DNA from: Macrostomum lignano
Lineage: Eukaryota
Assembly: GCA_002269645.1 (NCBI GenBank)
Contig: NIVC01002326.1
Span: 1 to 64,000 of the forward strand
Length of the DNA stretch: 64,000 nt
Reading direction: 5' to 3'
Of this stretch, positions 12,901 through 28,100 are shown piece by piece. The notes under the pieces were generated by a model. It had not been told where the DNA came from, did no database searches, and worked only from the letters and a program-made list of their open reading frames with translations. Position numbers and translations under genes: made by a program. How positions within the stretch are numbered: the first letter of the stretch is position 1; each line of letters opens with the position of its first letter.

Positions 12901-15900
12901 GAAACTATAGAGACACTAGGATATAAACTATAGATACACTAGGATAGAAACTATAGAGACACTAGGAAAGAAACTATAGAGACACTAGGATAGAAACTAT
13001 AGATACACTAGGATAGAAACTATAGAGACACTAGGATATAAACTATAGATACACTAGGATAGAAACTATAGAGACACTAGGATAGAAACTATAGAGACAC
13101 TAGGATAGAAACTATAGATACACTAGGATAGAAACTATAGAGACACTAGGATAGAAACTATAGAGACACTAGGATAGAAACTATAGAGACAGTAGGATAG
13201 AAACTATAGAGACACTAGGAAAGAAACTATAGAGACACTAGGATAGAAACTATAGAGACACTAGGAAAGAAACTATAGAGACAGTAGGATATAAACTATA
13301 GAGACACTAGGAAAGAAACTATAGAGACCCTAGGATAGAAACTATAGATACACTAGGAAAGAAACTATAGATACACTAAGATAGAAACTATAGAGACACT
13401 AGGATATAAACTATAGATACACTAGGATAGAAACTATAGAGACACTAGGATATAAACTATAGAGACACTAGGATAGAAACTATAGAGACACTAGGATAGA
13501 AACTATAGAGACACTAGGATAGAAACTATAGAGACACTAGGATAGAAACTATAGAGACACTAGGATAGAAACTATAGAGACACTAGGATAGAAACTTTGG
13601 AGACACTAGGATAGAAACTATAGAGACAGTAGGAAAGAAACTATAGATACACTAGGATAGAAACTATAGATACACTAGGATAGAAACTATAGACACACTA
13701 GGATAGAAACTATAGATACACTAGGATAGAAACTATAGAGACACTAGGATAGAAACTATAGAGACACTAGGATATAAACTATAGATACACTAGGATAGAA
13801 ACTATAGAGACACTAGGATAGAAACTATAGAGACACTAGGAAAGAAACTATAGAGATACTAGGAAATAAACTATAGAGACACTAGGATAGAAAATATAGA
13901 GACAATAGTATATAAACTATAGATACACTAGGATGGAAAATATAGAGACACTAGGATAGAAACTATAGAGACACTAGGATAGAAACTATAGAGACACTAG
14001 GATATAAACTATAGAGACACTAGGATAGAAACTATAGAGACACTAGGATATAAACTATAGATACACTAGGATAGAAACTATAGAGACACTAGGATATAAA
14101 CTTTAGATACACTAGGATAGAAACTATAGATACACTAGGATAGAAACTATAGAGACACTAGGATAGAAACTATAGATACACTAGGATAGAAACTATAGAG
14201 ACACTAGGATATAAACTATAGATACACTAGGATAGAAACTATAGAGACACTAGGATAGAAACTATAGATACACTAGGATAGAAACTATAGATACACTGGG
14301 ATAGAAACTATAGATACACTAGGATAGAAACTATAGATACACTAGGATAGAAACTATAGAGACACTAGGATAGAAACTATAGATACACTAGGATAGAAAC
14401 TATAGAGACACTAGGATAGAAACTATAGATACACTAGGATATAAACTATAGATACACTAGGATAGAAACTATAGAGACACTAGGATAGAAACTATAGAGA
14501 CACTAGGATAGAAACTATAGAGACACTAGGATAGAAACTATGGAGACACTAGGATAGAAACTATAGAGACACTAGGATAGAAACTATAGAGACAGTAGGA
14601 TAGAAACTATAGAGACAGTAGGATAGAAACTATAGATTCACTAGGATAGAAACTATAGAGACACTAGGATAGAAACTATAGATACACTAGGATAGAAACT
14701 ATAGAGACACTAGGATAGAAACTATAGAGACACTAGGATAGAAACTATAGAGACACTAGGATAGAAACTTTGGAGACACTAGGAAAGAAACTATAGAGAC
14801 ACTAGGATAGAAACTATAGAGACACTAGGATAGAAACTATAGAGACACTAGGATATAAACTATAGAGACACTAGGATAGAAACTATAGAGACACTAGGAT
14901 ATAAACTATAGATACACTAGGATAGAAACTATAGAGACACTAGGATATAAACTATAGATACACTAGGATAGAAACTATAGATACACTAGGATAGAAACTA
15001 TAGATACACTAGGATATAAACTATAGAGACACTAGGATATAAACTATAGATACACTAGGATAGAAACTATAGAGACACTAGGATAGAAACTATAGATACA
15101 CTAGGATAGAAACTATAGAGACACTAGGATAGACACTATAGATACACTAGGATAGAAACTATAGATACACTAGGATATAAACTATAGAGACACTAGGATA
15201 GAAACTATAGATACACTAGGATAGAAACTATAGATACACTAGGATATAAACTATAGAGACACTAGGATATAAACTATAGAGACACTAGGATAGAAACTAT
15301 AGAGACACTAGGATAGAAACTATAGATACACTAGGATAGAAACTATAGATACACTAGGATAGAAACTATAGAGACACTAGGATATAAACTATAGATACAC
15401 TAGGATAGAAACTATAGAGACACTAGGATAGAAACTATAGATACACTAGGATAGAAACTATAGAGACACTAGGATAGAAACTATAGAGACACTAGGATAT
15501 AAACTATAGATACACTAGGATATAAACTATAGAGACACTAGGATATAAACTATAGATACACTAGGATAGAAACTATAGATACACTAGGATAGAAACTATA
15601 GAGACACTAGGATAGAAACTATAGATACACTAGGATATAAACTATAGATACACTAGGATATAAACTATAGAGACACTAGGATAGAAACTATAGAGACACT
15701 AGGATAGAAACTATAGAGACACTAGGATAGAAACTATGGAGACACTAGGATAGAAACTATAGAGACACTAGGATAGAAACTATAGAGACAGTAGGATAGA
15801 AACTATAGAGACAGTAGGATAGAAACTATAGATTCACTAGGATAGAAACTATAGAGACACTAGGATAGAAACTATAGATACACTAGGATAGAAACTATAG

Positions 15901-18900
15901 ATACACTAGGATATAAACTATAGAGACACTAGGATAGAAACTATAGAGACACTAGGATAGAAACTATAGAGACACTAGGATAGAAACTATAGAGACACTA
16001 GGATAGAAACTATAGAGACACTAGGATAGAAACTATAGAGACACTAGGATATAAACTATAGAGACACTAGGATAGAAACTATAGAGACACTAGGATATAA
16101 ACTATAGATACACTAGGATAGAAACTATAGAGACACTAGGATATAAACTATAGATACACTAGGATAGAAACTATAGATACACTAGGATAGAAACTATAGA
16201 TACACTAGGATATAAACTATAGAGACACTAGGATATAAACTATAGATACACTAGGATAGAAACTATAGAGACACTAGGATAGAAACTATAGATACACTAG
16301 GATAGAAACTATAGAGACACTAGGATAGACACTATAGATACACTAGGATAGAAACTATAGATACACTAGGATATAAACTATAGAGACACTAGGATAGAAA
16401 CTATAGATACACTAGGATAGAAACTATAGATACACTAGGATATAAACTATAGAGACACTAGGATATAAACTATAGAGACACTAGGATAGAAACTATAGAG
16501 ACACTAGGATAGAAACTATAGATACACTAGGATAGAAACTATAGATACACTAGGATAGAAACTATAGAGACACTAGGATATAAACTATAGATACACTAGG
16601 ATAGAAACTATAGAGACACTAGGATAGAAACTATAGATACACTAGGATAGAAACTATAGAGACACTAGGATAGAAACTATAGAGACACTAGGATATAAAC
16701 TATAGATACACTAGGATATAAACTATAGAGACACTAGGATATAAACTATAGATACACTAGGATAGAAAATATAGAGACACTAGGATATAAACTATAGAGA
16801 CACTAGGATATAAACTATAGATACACTAGGAAAGAAACTATAGATACACTAGGATATAAACTATAGATACACTAGGATATAAACTATAGAGACACTAGGA
16901 TATAAACTATAGATACACTAGGATAGAAAATATAGAGACACTAGGATATAAACTATAGAGACACTAGGATAGAAACTATAGAGACACTAGGATAGAAACT
17001 ATAGATACACTAGGATAGAAACTATAGAGACACTAGGATATAAACTATAGATACACTAGGAAAGAAACTATAGATACACTAGGATAGAAACTATAGAGAC
17101 ACTAGGATATAAACTATAGAGACACTAGGATATAAACTATAGATACACTAGGATATAAACTATAGAGACACTAGGATATAAACTATAGAGACACTAGGAT
17201 AGAAACTATAGAGACACTAGGATAGAAACTATAGATACACTAGGATAGAAACTATAGATACACTAGGATAGAAACTATAGAGACACTAGGATATAAACTA
17301 TAGATACACTAGGATAGAAACTATAGAGACACTAGGATAGAAACTATAGATACACTAGGATAGAAACTATAGAGACACTAGGATAGAAACTATAGAGACA
17401 CTAGGATATAAACTATAGATACACTAGGATATAAACTATAGAGACACTAGGATATAAACTATAGATACACTAGGATAGAAACTATAGATACACTAGGATA
17501 GAAACTATAGAGACACTAGGATAGAAACTATAGATACACTAGGATATAAACTATAGATACACTAGGATATAAACTATAGAGACACTAGGATAGAAACTAT
17601 AGAGACACTAGGATAGAAACTATAGATACACTAGGATAGAAACTATAGAGACACTAGGATATAAACTATAGATACACTAGGATAGAAACTATAGATACAC
17701 TAGGATAGAAACTATAGATACACTAGGATATAAACTATAGAGACACTAGGATATAAACTATAGATACACTAGGATAGAAACTATAGAGACACTAGGATAG
17801 AAACTATAGATACACTAGGATAGAAACTATAGAGACACTAGGATAGACACTATAGATACACTAGGATAGAAACTATAGATACACTAGGATATAAACTATA
17901 GAGACACTAGGATAGAAACTATAGATACACTAGGATAGAAACTATAGATACACTAGGATATAAACTATAGAGACACTAGGATATAAACTATAGAGACACT
18001 AGGATAGAAACTATAGAGACACTAGGATAGAAACTATAGATACACTAGGATAGAAACTATAGATACACTAGGATAGAAACTATAGAGACACTAGGATATA
18101 AACTATAGATACACTAGGATAGAAACTATAGAGACACTAGGATAGAAACTATAGATACACTAGGATAGAAACTATAGAGACACTAGGATAGAAACTATAG
18201 AGACACTAGGATAAACTATAGATACACTAGGATATAAACTATAGAGACACTAGGATATAAACTATAGATACACTAGGATAGAAACTATAGATACACTAGG
18301 ATAGAAACTATAGAGACACTAGGATAGAAACTATAGATACACTAGGATATAAACTATAGATACACTAGGATATAAACTATAGAGACACTAGGATAGAAAC
18401 TATAGAGACACTAGGATAGAAACTATAGAGACACTAGGATAGAAACTATAGAGACACTAGGATAGAAACTATAGATACACTAGGATAGAAACTATAGAGA
18501 CACTAGGATAGAAACTATAGATACACTAGGATAGAAACTATAGATACACTAGGATATAAACTATAGAGACACTAGGATATAAACTATAGAGACACTAGGA
18601 TAGAAACTATAGAGACACTAGGATAGAAACTATAGATACACTAGGATAGAAACTATAGATACACTAGGATAGAAACTATAGAGACACTAGGATATAAACT
18701 ATAGATACACTAGGATAGAAACTATAGAGACACTAGGATAGAAACTATAGATACACTAGGATAGAAACTATAGAGACACTAGGATAGAAACTATAGAGAC
18801 ACTAGGATATAAACTATAGATACACTAGGATATAAACTATAGAGACACTAGGATATAAACTATAGATACACTAGGATAGAAAATATAGAGACACTAGGAT

Positions 18901-21755
18901 ATAAACTATAGAGACACTAGGATATAAACTATAGATACACTAGGAAAGAAACTATAGATACACTAGGATATAAACTATAGATACACTAGGATATAAACTA
19001 TAGAGACACTAGGATATAAACTATAGATACACTAGGATAGAAAATATAGAGACACTAGGATATAAACTATAGAGACACTAGGATAGAAACTATAGAGACA
19101 CTAGGATAGAAACTATAGATACACTAGGATAGAAACTATAGAGACACTAGGATATAAACTATAGATACACTAGGAAAGAAACTATAGATACACTAGGATA
19201 GAAACTATAGACACTAGGATAGAAACTATAGAGACACTAGGATATAAACTATAGATACACTAGGATATAAACTATAGAGACACTAGGATATAAACTATAG
19301 AGACACTAGGATATAAACTATAGAGACACTAGGATAGAAACTATAGATACACTAGGATAGAAACTATAGAGACACTAGGATAGAAACTATAGAGACACTA
19401 GGATAGAAACTATAGATACACTAGGATAGAAACTATAGAGACACTAGGATAGAAACTATAGATACACTAGGATAGAAACTATAGAGACACTAGGATAGAA
19501 ACTATAGAGACACTAGGATAGAAACTATAGAGACACTAGGATAGAAACTATAGAGACACTAGGATATAAACTATAGATACACTAGGATAGAAACTATAGA
19601 TACACTAGGATAGAAACTATAGATACACTAGGATAGAAACTATAGATACACTAGGATAGAAACTATAGATACACTAGGATAGAAACTATAGATACACTAG
19701 GATAGAAACTATAGATACACTAGGATAGAAACTATAGATACACTAGGATAGAAACTATAGATACACTAGGATATAAACTATAGATACACTAGGATAGAAA
19801 CTATAGATACACTAGGATATAAACTATAGATACACTAGGATAGAAACTATAGATACACTAGGATAGAAACTATAGATACACTAGGATAGAAACTATAGAT
19901 ACACTAGGATATAAACTATAGATACACTAGGATATAAACTATAGATACACTAGGATAGAAACTATAGAGACACTAGGATAGAAACTATAGAGACACTAGG
20001 ATAGAAACTATAGAGACACTAGGATAGAAACTATAGAGACACTAGGATAGAAACTATAGAGACACTAGGATAGAAACTATAGAGACACTAGGATAGAAAC
20101 TATAGAGACACTAGGATAGAAACTATAGAGACACTAGGATAGAAACTATAGATACACTAGGATAGAAACTATAGAGACACTAGGATAGAAACTATAGATA
20201 CACTAGGATAGAAACTATAGAGACACTAGGATAGAAACTATAGAGACACTAGGATAGAAACTATAGAGACACTAGGATAGAAACTATAGAGACACTAGGA
20301 TAGAAACTATAGAGACACTAGGATAGAAACTATAGAGACACTAGGATAGAAACTATAGAGACACTAGGATATAAACTATAGAGACACTAGGATAGAAACT
20401 ATAGAGACACTAGGATATAAACTATAGATACACTAGGATAGAAACTATAGAGACACTAGGATATAAACTATAGATACACTAGGATAGAAACTATAGAGAC
20501 ACTAGGATATAAACTATAGATACACTAGGATAGAAACTATAGAGACACTAGGATAGAAACTATAGATACACTAGGATAGAAACTATAGAGACACTAGGAT
20601 AGAAACTATAGATACACTAGGATAGAAACTATAGAGACACTAGGATAGAAACTATAGATACACTAGGATAGAAACTATAGATACACTAGGATAGAAACTA
20701 TAGATACACTAGGATAGAAACTATAGATACACTAGGATAGAAACTATAGATACACTAGGATAGAAACTATAGAGACACTAGGATAGAAACTATAGAGACA
20801 CTAGGATAGAAACTATAGAGACACTAGGATAGAAACTATAGAGACACTAGGATAGAAACTATAGATACACTAGGATAGAAACTATAGAGACACTAGGATA
20901 GAAACTATAGATACACTAGGATAGAAACTATAGAGACACTAGGATAGAAACTATAGATACACTAGGATAGAAACTATAGAGACACTAGGATAGAAACTAT
21001 AGAGACACTAGGATATAAACTATAGATACACTAGGATATAAACTATAGAGACACTAGGATATAAACTATAGATACACTAGGATATAAACTATAGAGACAC
21101 TAGGATATAAACTATAGATACACTAGGATATAAACTATAGATACACTAGGATATAAACTATAGAGACACTAGGATATAAACTATAGATACACTAGGATAT
21201 AAACTATAGAGACACTAGGATATAAACTATAGATACACTAGGATAGAAAATATAGAGACACTAGGATATAAACTATAGAGACACTAGGATAGAAACTATA
21301 GAGACACTAGGATAGAAACTATAGATACACTAGGATAGAAACTATAGAGACACTAGGATAGAAACTATAGATACACTAGGATAGAAACTATAGAGACACT
21401 AGGATATAAACTATAGAGACACTAGGATATAAACTATAGAGACACTAGGATATAAACTATAGAGACACTAGGATATAAACTATAGAGACACTAGGATATA
21501 AACTATAGAGACACTAGGATATAAACTATAGATACACTAGGATAGAAACTATAGAGACACTAGGATATAAACTATAGAGACACTAGGATATAAACTATAG
21601 ATACACTAGGATAGAAACTATAGAGACACTAGGATATAAACTATAGATACACTAGGATAGAAACTGGAGATTCCAGAGAAGCCCCTACCGTCCTGTTGGG
21701 CGACGTCCGCGAGTCTGCTCCGATCGAACAGGTGAGACACAGCTGGCGAAGTCAT
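6953..21755 (-). CDS. Two-pore-domain potassium channel (K2P/KCNK family), about 380 aa; exons 21689-21755, 10335-10493, 9366-9869, 6953-7365
   Basis: Pore motifs WDYPGSVFFCLTVITTIGYG and YYSLVTLSTIGFGDYVAG are present, as are M1 (VLVFAYLLLGGVLFQFLE) and M4 (YRFSLAVWIFLG). All junctions are GT-AG and in frame (1143 nt). Exon 21689-21755 is less certain than the others; ATG 10476 is an alternative start. Confidence 0.92.
7488..8345. repeat. 17-bp minisatellite (CTGCTATCTTTGATTGG)n
   Basis: Period 17; K2P intron 3. Confidence 0.95.
8865..9314. repeat. 19-bp / 15-bp minisatellite (GGGGTGCCATTCCCAGCTA; CCAGGGGTGCCATTT)
   Basis: Two related unit lengths in one array; K2P intron 3. Confidence 0.93.
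9895..10265. repeat. About 112-bp tandem repeat, about 3.3 copies
   Basis: CATGGAGTGAGG recurs at 9918, 10030 and 10142; K2P intron 2. Confidence 0.9.
10600..21665. repeat. About 11-kb satellite of the 23-bp unit ACTATAGA(G/T)ACACTAGGATA(G/T)AA, about 475 copies
   Basis: Period 23, with a degenerate left end and an abrupt right end; higher-order duplications are visible; fills K2P intron 1. Confidence 0.98.
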
Positions 21756-22311
21756 AATTTAGTTTGAGAAGTCAGAGTACAACACAGCAGGCAACACAAC
21801 AGCATAAGAACTTACAACAGAAAACAGGCTGCTGCTGAAAGGCTATAATCGTATACAGATGGTGGGATCAAATAGGGTTTATAGTAGCAGACAGGTGGGA
21901 GAGCTGCATCACTCTATACTGGTTGGTTAGCCTGCCGAATCCCAGTGCAGTGCAGAAGCAATACTCAATTTTATTAACTTAGGTGGGCAGAGATAGGCTA
22001 TGGGGTTGTTAACGATGTACATATATGACAGGTTGAGCCATATACATGCCCACTTATCAGCTTCCTATTGCACCCACCCAGGACAGTGTGCCTTTGATGC
22101 GAGTAAAATTAATTGAATTATTTATTGGTAGCGATAGGCAACAGGGACGGCAGTTTTATTAGCATTTTAATATAACTAATTCCCTATTCATATTATCCAA
22201 CGAGCCCACTTCCGTAAATTGACAGCCCGGCTGCCTGCTGACTCCTTATTCACTGCTATAAGTCCACTTTAGTGTATGAAATTTTCTCACTATGGAATGA
22301 TGAGTTCAGGG

Positions 22312-22742
22312 GCAGCAGCAGCTCAGCTACTGTAGGGCAGCAGTTCAGCTACTGTAGTGCAGCAGTTCAGCTACTGTAGGGCAGCAGCTCAGCTACTGTA
22401 GGGCAGCAGCTCAGCTACTGTAGGGCAGCAGCTCAGCTACTGTAGGGCAGCAGCTCAGCTACTGTAGGGCAGCAGCTCAGCTACTGTAGGGCAGCAGCTC
22501 AGCTACTGTAGGGCAGCAGCTCAGCTACTGTAGGGCAGCAGCTCAGCTACTGTAGGGCAGCAGCTCAGCTACTGTAGGGCAGCAGCTCAGCTACTGTAGG
22601 GCAGCAGCTCAGCTACTGTAGGGCAGCAGCTCAGCTACTGTAGGGCAGCAGCTCAGCTACCGTAGGGCAGCAGCTCAGCTACTGTAGGGCAGTTCAGCTG
22701 CAGTAGAGCAGTTCAGCTACAGTAGGGCAGCTGTTCAGCTAC
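22312..22742. repeat. 22-bp minisatellite (GGGCAGCAGCTCAGCTACTGTA)n
   Basis: Period 22, highly homogeneous core. Confidence 0.95.
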
Positions 22743-24099
22743 ATGCACTACAAGGCTACTGAAGCGATTTAGCAAAATCGGAAATCAGCTTGGCAAAGGC
22801 CAGTCTATCCCAGCCCGATTCTCACAGCTCGAATGCAACAGGTGCAGCATGTTATGTCATAGGGATAAATAATGCAGATTGAATAACAAATGTGAGCAAA
22901 AGCAGGGATAATGCCTGGTTAGCAGCAGCTCCAATGTTGAACAAAAGCAGTCAATTGCATGGCAAACATTGCTGCATAGCAAACTGCAGTAAAGTGCAAT
23001 TGCACATAGGGAATGCACCTACAGTGTACACATGCAGCTTGAAGCTTTACCCACAAGCTCCAGAGTTAAGCAAAATCTGCTTTTTTCGGCGATGTGAAAC
23101 TTCAAGCTGCTGAGTAGATCGATTGAATTGATCGTCTGCTACGAGCGTATTGGCGAGCCAGTCTGAACGATCAAATGGCAGAACACTGCTCATTAATTCA
23201 GCATTCATGAAGTATGGCAGCTCACTCTCGGAGTCGTGAAGGCCAAGATTACTGCATGTACACCTTTATTAGTCTTAGTCTTATAAGCTTCATCAAATAA
23301 TTGAGCACACTCTGAACGCTGATGCATGAATGACAGACTTAATCGAGGAGGCGGCAGCAAAATGAGGTCTAACCAAGGTCCAACATGTACTTTTGATTAG
23401 GGGCCATATTCCCCTGTGCGGCTGGTGCGCACGCTTATATTGATGACGCTTATATGAAAACCTTATTGAGCAATATTGATTATGATTAATGATTCAGCAG
23501 AGTCGCATATGGTGCAAGCAGACTGCCTGTTCCTCATGCACAGTGTATTTGTGTTAGATTTGCCGCAATTCACAAAGCAATTTACATAAAAAAATTAAAC
23601 AACCTGAATACGCTACTAGAAACGGGAAGTAGAAATCTAAGCATAATAGCAGTATATTTTGTTTCGTCAAGAAAAAAGCACTGTTCTTATCCTGCTTCGG
23701 TATGTCTGGTCTGATGGTAACTATGGAGCTTGAGAAACAATAAAAGATGACGATTAAAGCACAAAATGATGAAAAAATACAAATGAGTGTTTGATAAATG
23801 AATAACATAAAATATTAAGGCTCCGATGAGCCAACGATCTTTGTTGTACTATCATCCATAGGGTGCTTGCGTTATGCATCTGAAACTGTATAAGCAATAT
23901 TTTAAAGCATTTGCATTAGCTAATGTACAAGCAAAAAGTGAAGACACGGCTTTGATAGACAGATTTGGGCGAAGGTTTGGGCGAAGATGCAACGGGTTTA
24001 GAGAAATTCCAACTGCAGTTTTACATTTGCTAGTTAGAAATCGCCACATGACTAGACTAGACGAAAAAATGCCTGCTTGCTACGGTAGGGAAAACCTGC

Positions 24100-24330
24100 T
24101 CTGATTGGCTGGGGGAGACTGGGTTGAGATTGGAGCTTAGTTCCAATTGGCTGGCGGGGAGACTGGGTTGAAATTGGAGCTCAGTTTTGATTAGCTGGCG
24201 GAGAATGGGTTAGGAATGGAGCTCAGTTTTGATTAGCTGGTGGGAAGACAGTGAATTGAGCTCAGTTTCGATTGGCTGGCGGAGAATGGGTTGGGATTGG
24301 AGCTCAGCTCTGATTGGCTGATGGGATGAA
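24100..24330. repeat. Degenerate repeat of about 45-60 bp containing GATTGGCTG
   Basis: Recurring GGAGCTCAGTTTTGATT(A/G)GCTGG..TGGGTT. Confidence 0.7.
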
Positions 24331-24654
24331 CAGGCTGGGCAGTGAGCACAGCGCTATATGATAACAAAATAATGCTCTTAGCCCCTGACAGTAAAAGCAG
24401 GCAAATTGAACCAGAAGAAAATAACCAAAATGACAAATTATAGTATTTATGGTTTGATTTATGTTTTCTAGAGCGATATGTACAAACAAACGGCTGGCAT
24501 AAAAGCAGTACAGAAGCGGAACCAGTTTTATAGCTAATATACAAAAATGTAATCAAGATCGACTTAATGCATTTACTAGTTTAAGTAGTATTACAGGAGC
24601 TCACGCGATAAAGAGGAAGCAAGATTGGCTCCGTTAATATGGACAGCTTGTTAT

Positions 24655-24885
24655 TGACTGGCTGTAAGACAGCTCAGCTGAACTCTGATTGGCTGACACT
24701 GGAGATGAGTTATGACAGCTGAGCTTTGATTGGCTGACACTGGAGATGGATTGGGACAGCTGAGCTCTGATTGGCTGACACTGGAGGTTGGGTGGGACAG
24801 CTGAGCTCTGATTGGCTGATGTTTGAGATGGGATATGACAGCTGAGCTCTGATTGGCTGACACTGGAGATGGGGCGGGACAGCCG
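24655..24885. repeat. 41-bp minisatellite (ACAGCTGAGCTCTGATTGGCTGACACTGGAGATGG...)
   Basis: GATTGGCTGA at 24687, 24728 and 24769. Confidence 0.88.
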
Positions 24886-25112
24886 ATCTTCACAGAATAG
24901 CTGTTTTATTAGCAACGAAAAAGTAGGACAATGAAAGAAACGAAAACAGGTCCCTTAAAAAGCCTTCAAAGTGCATATACTAACTAATCAGTAGTCAGCT
25001 ACAGGCATGCATTCAAAATTGTCATTTTTGTGAAAGCATCAATTATCGAAGTTTCCAAAACAGCGAAGAACACTTGCCTTTTGTTAATGAAAAATTTGCA
25101 ATTGATGTACGG

Positions 25113-28100
25113 TCACGACTGGATACACCTAGCCCCAGAATCGCCGTCCGAATCTGACTCTGTGTCCGACATCATGTCGCTGTCCGTCGCCTCGCCCGCC
25201 TCTTCATCTTCATCGTCGTCGTCATCATCGTCATCTTCGCCATCGGCAGCTCGTCTACGGCGAAGCAAATGGCGAGACTGAAAGGTATGGGACGGCAAAG
25301 TTAATGTAAATTACAATTTACGAATCAAAAGTTTGGAAGCGGCTCTGATTCATTGGCTGAGAGAGAGACACTGATTAGTGAGGAGCGGCTCTCATTGGCT
25401 GAGAGACAGACACTGACTAGAGAGGAGCGGCTCTGATTGGCTGAGAGACAGACACTGACTAGAGAGGAGCGGCTCTGATTGGCTGAGAGACAGACACTGA
25501 CTAGAGAGGAGCGGCTCTCATTGGCTGAAAAACAGACACTGAGTAGCGCGCAGCGGCTCTGATTGGCTGAGAGACGTAGTATATGCATACTACGTGTTTA
25601 ATTCAACAATCGCATGAAGAACACAGCGCAGTATTAACCCGTCTTTCTCGCCGATTCAGTTGTCGCATAAGCATCAGCAGCAGATTGGGTTCCATAGGCT
25701 GCACCCTGGCGTCCCTAGCCCGCTCAGTAAGATTGTTGAACACCCGGTCGCGCAACAGCCTAGCCGAGGCGCCGCTCTCCCGATCGGTCAGCTGCTGTTC
25801 CGTACAGCCGGCTTGCCAAAGTTTGAAATCGTTATCCAGGCCACTGGTGGCCAGGATTGGATGTTGCGGGTGCGGCTCCAGGACGTTCACAATGCCCGTC
25901 TCGTCAGCCTGCGAGAGGTTTGAAGGGATTAAGGATGAGATTATTGGGGCAGCTTCAGGCCAAGTTTGAAGGGATTGGGGAGAGGATTATTGGGGCAGCT
26001 TAGGACCGAGTTTGAAGGGATTGGGGAGAGGATTATTGGGGCAGCTTAGGACCGAGTTTGAAGGGATTGGGGAGAGGATTATTGGGGCAGCTTAGGACCG
26101 AGTTTGAAGGGATTGGGGAGAGGATTATTGGGGCAGCTTAGGACCGAGTTTGAAGGGATTGGGGAGAGGATTATTGGGGCAGCTTAGGACCGAGTTTGAA
26201 GAATTAGGGAGGGGATTATTGGGACAGCTTAGCGATGAGATACACAGAGCCAGCAAGGTTGCGGCTAACACAGACTTTGCAAACCTTAAAGCTATGCATG
26301 AGCCTGGCGGTGGCCGTGTCCCACAGGTAGACGTAGCCGCAGTCACTGCCGGACACCACGTACTCCGAATGGGCCCCGTAGAAATTGACGCCCTTAACCG
26401 TGGCATTGTTCCTATGCCCCTGATAGGTGCGAACAACTCGCTTAGTTGACCACTCAATCAGGTGGATATTCTCGTCATTATACGAGGCCAGCACGCAATC
26501 GCCCGTGTGATTGAAGCAGGCGGCGGTCACGTGAGTGCCGGGCAGGAGGCCGGGCGCGGCCAGACGGGCCAGCGGGTCGGACATGACCATCCGCTTGTCG
26601 AACACGTAGACACTATCGTCGCGGCCGCAGACGCAGTAGATATTGGGCCGGAGCGGGTGCTGGTGCACGGAGTAGAGCGGCACCCGGTCGCGGTTAGTTG
26701 GCGAACGGACCACCGTCAGCTTGGTGGCAGCCGGCTGCGGACCGTCGGCGCCAGCCTGACGAACGTCGATAAGAAGCACCCGGGCGTCCTCGCCGGCGCT
26801 GAGAATCTCGTGCGGCTCGAATAGCGGCGCAGCGCTCAGCTTGTGACAGGCGGCTGCGTGTTTGGCCAGCCGGCTGGTGTGACAGTCGCCAGATGGCGAG
26901 AAATGGCATAAGCGGACCTTTAGGGAGGAGGGGGAACTGCTAGTCATGCTCATTTCTAATCCATTGTATACTACTCTTAGTGAGTAGCTTACATGTAAAA
27001 ACAAGGGGAACGAGGTTTAGATAGATCGATTGCTTGTTATAACTACTATCTATTAAATCATAGGATACTTTTGAGTATCTTTGGGTACTTATGAGTATCA
27101 ATGGGTAGTTTTGGGTATCATTAGGTAGTTTGAGTATTATGGCCTATGGGGTACTTTTTGAGTACCATCGAGTACTTTTAAGAATCATGGGGTACTTTTT
27201 GAATATCATGTGGTACTTTTAGGTATCATGGAGTACTTTTAAGAATCATGGAGTATTTTGAGAATCATGGGGTACTTTTAAGAATAATAGGATACTTTTC
27301 GGAATCATGGGGTACTTCTGCAGATCATTAGGCACTTTTAAGGATAGGCCAGTACTTGCGAGGATCATCATGCACATGAACTGTGTACAGTTAAAAGCAT
27401 CAAGGTTGCTGACAAAGCTGTAGCAACTTCCAACTGCAGTCAGCTTTTTACCTGTCCGTCCCTAGAAGCCGTGACAACGTGATTCTCGCTGATGAACTTG
27501 CACTGGAACACGTTGGCATGGTGACCGGTGGCGCCGGTCGTGAGAACTCGTTTACGGCGCACGCTGCTCAAACAGCAATTGAGATCGTCTGAGCCGCTAG
27601 CGATCAAATCCGAGTTGAACGGGCAGAAGCTCAGCGCGTTTACGCAGCCATTGTGCGCCGCGTAGGTGTGCATGAGGGACAGGTGGCAAACCACTGTCGG
27701 GCAGGTGTACACCTGCAGGTTCGGGGTCATCATGGACAAATTATAGACTAGCCCACATCAACATAGATACCCAATCCCATCAATCAAGATACCCGATCCC
27801 CATCAATCTAGATACCCGATCCCATCAATCTAAATACCCGATCCCATCAATCTAGATACCCGATCCCCATCAATCTAGATACCCGATCCCACCAACCAAT
27901 CTAGATACCCGATCCCATCAATCTAGATACCCGATCCCATCAATCTAGATACCCGATCCCATCAATCTAGATACCCGATCCCCATCAATCTAGATACCCG
28001 ATCCCACCAACCAATCTAGATACCCGATCCCATCAATCTAGATACCCGATCCCACCAACCAATCTAGATACCCGATCCCACCAACCAATCTAGGTACCCG

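Noticed and set aside
10600-21665. CRISPR-like or centromeric interpretation of the large array
   Set aside because: Units are contiguous with no unique spacers, no cas genes are present and the context is eukaryotic. Centromere function cannot be inferred from sequence alone.
21760-24100. Short ORFs in the DCAF8-K2P intergenic region and in the AT-rich 2300-6500 region
   Set aside because: AT-rich composition, no homology cues and no consistent splice chain.
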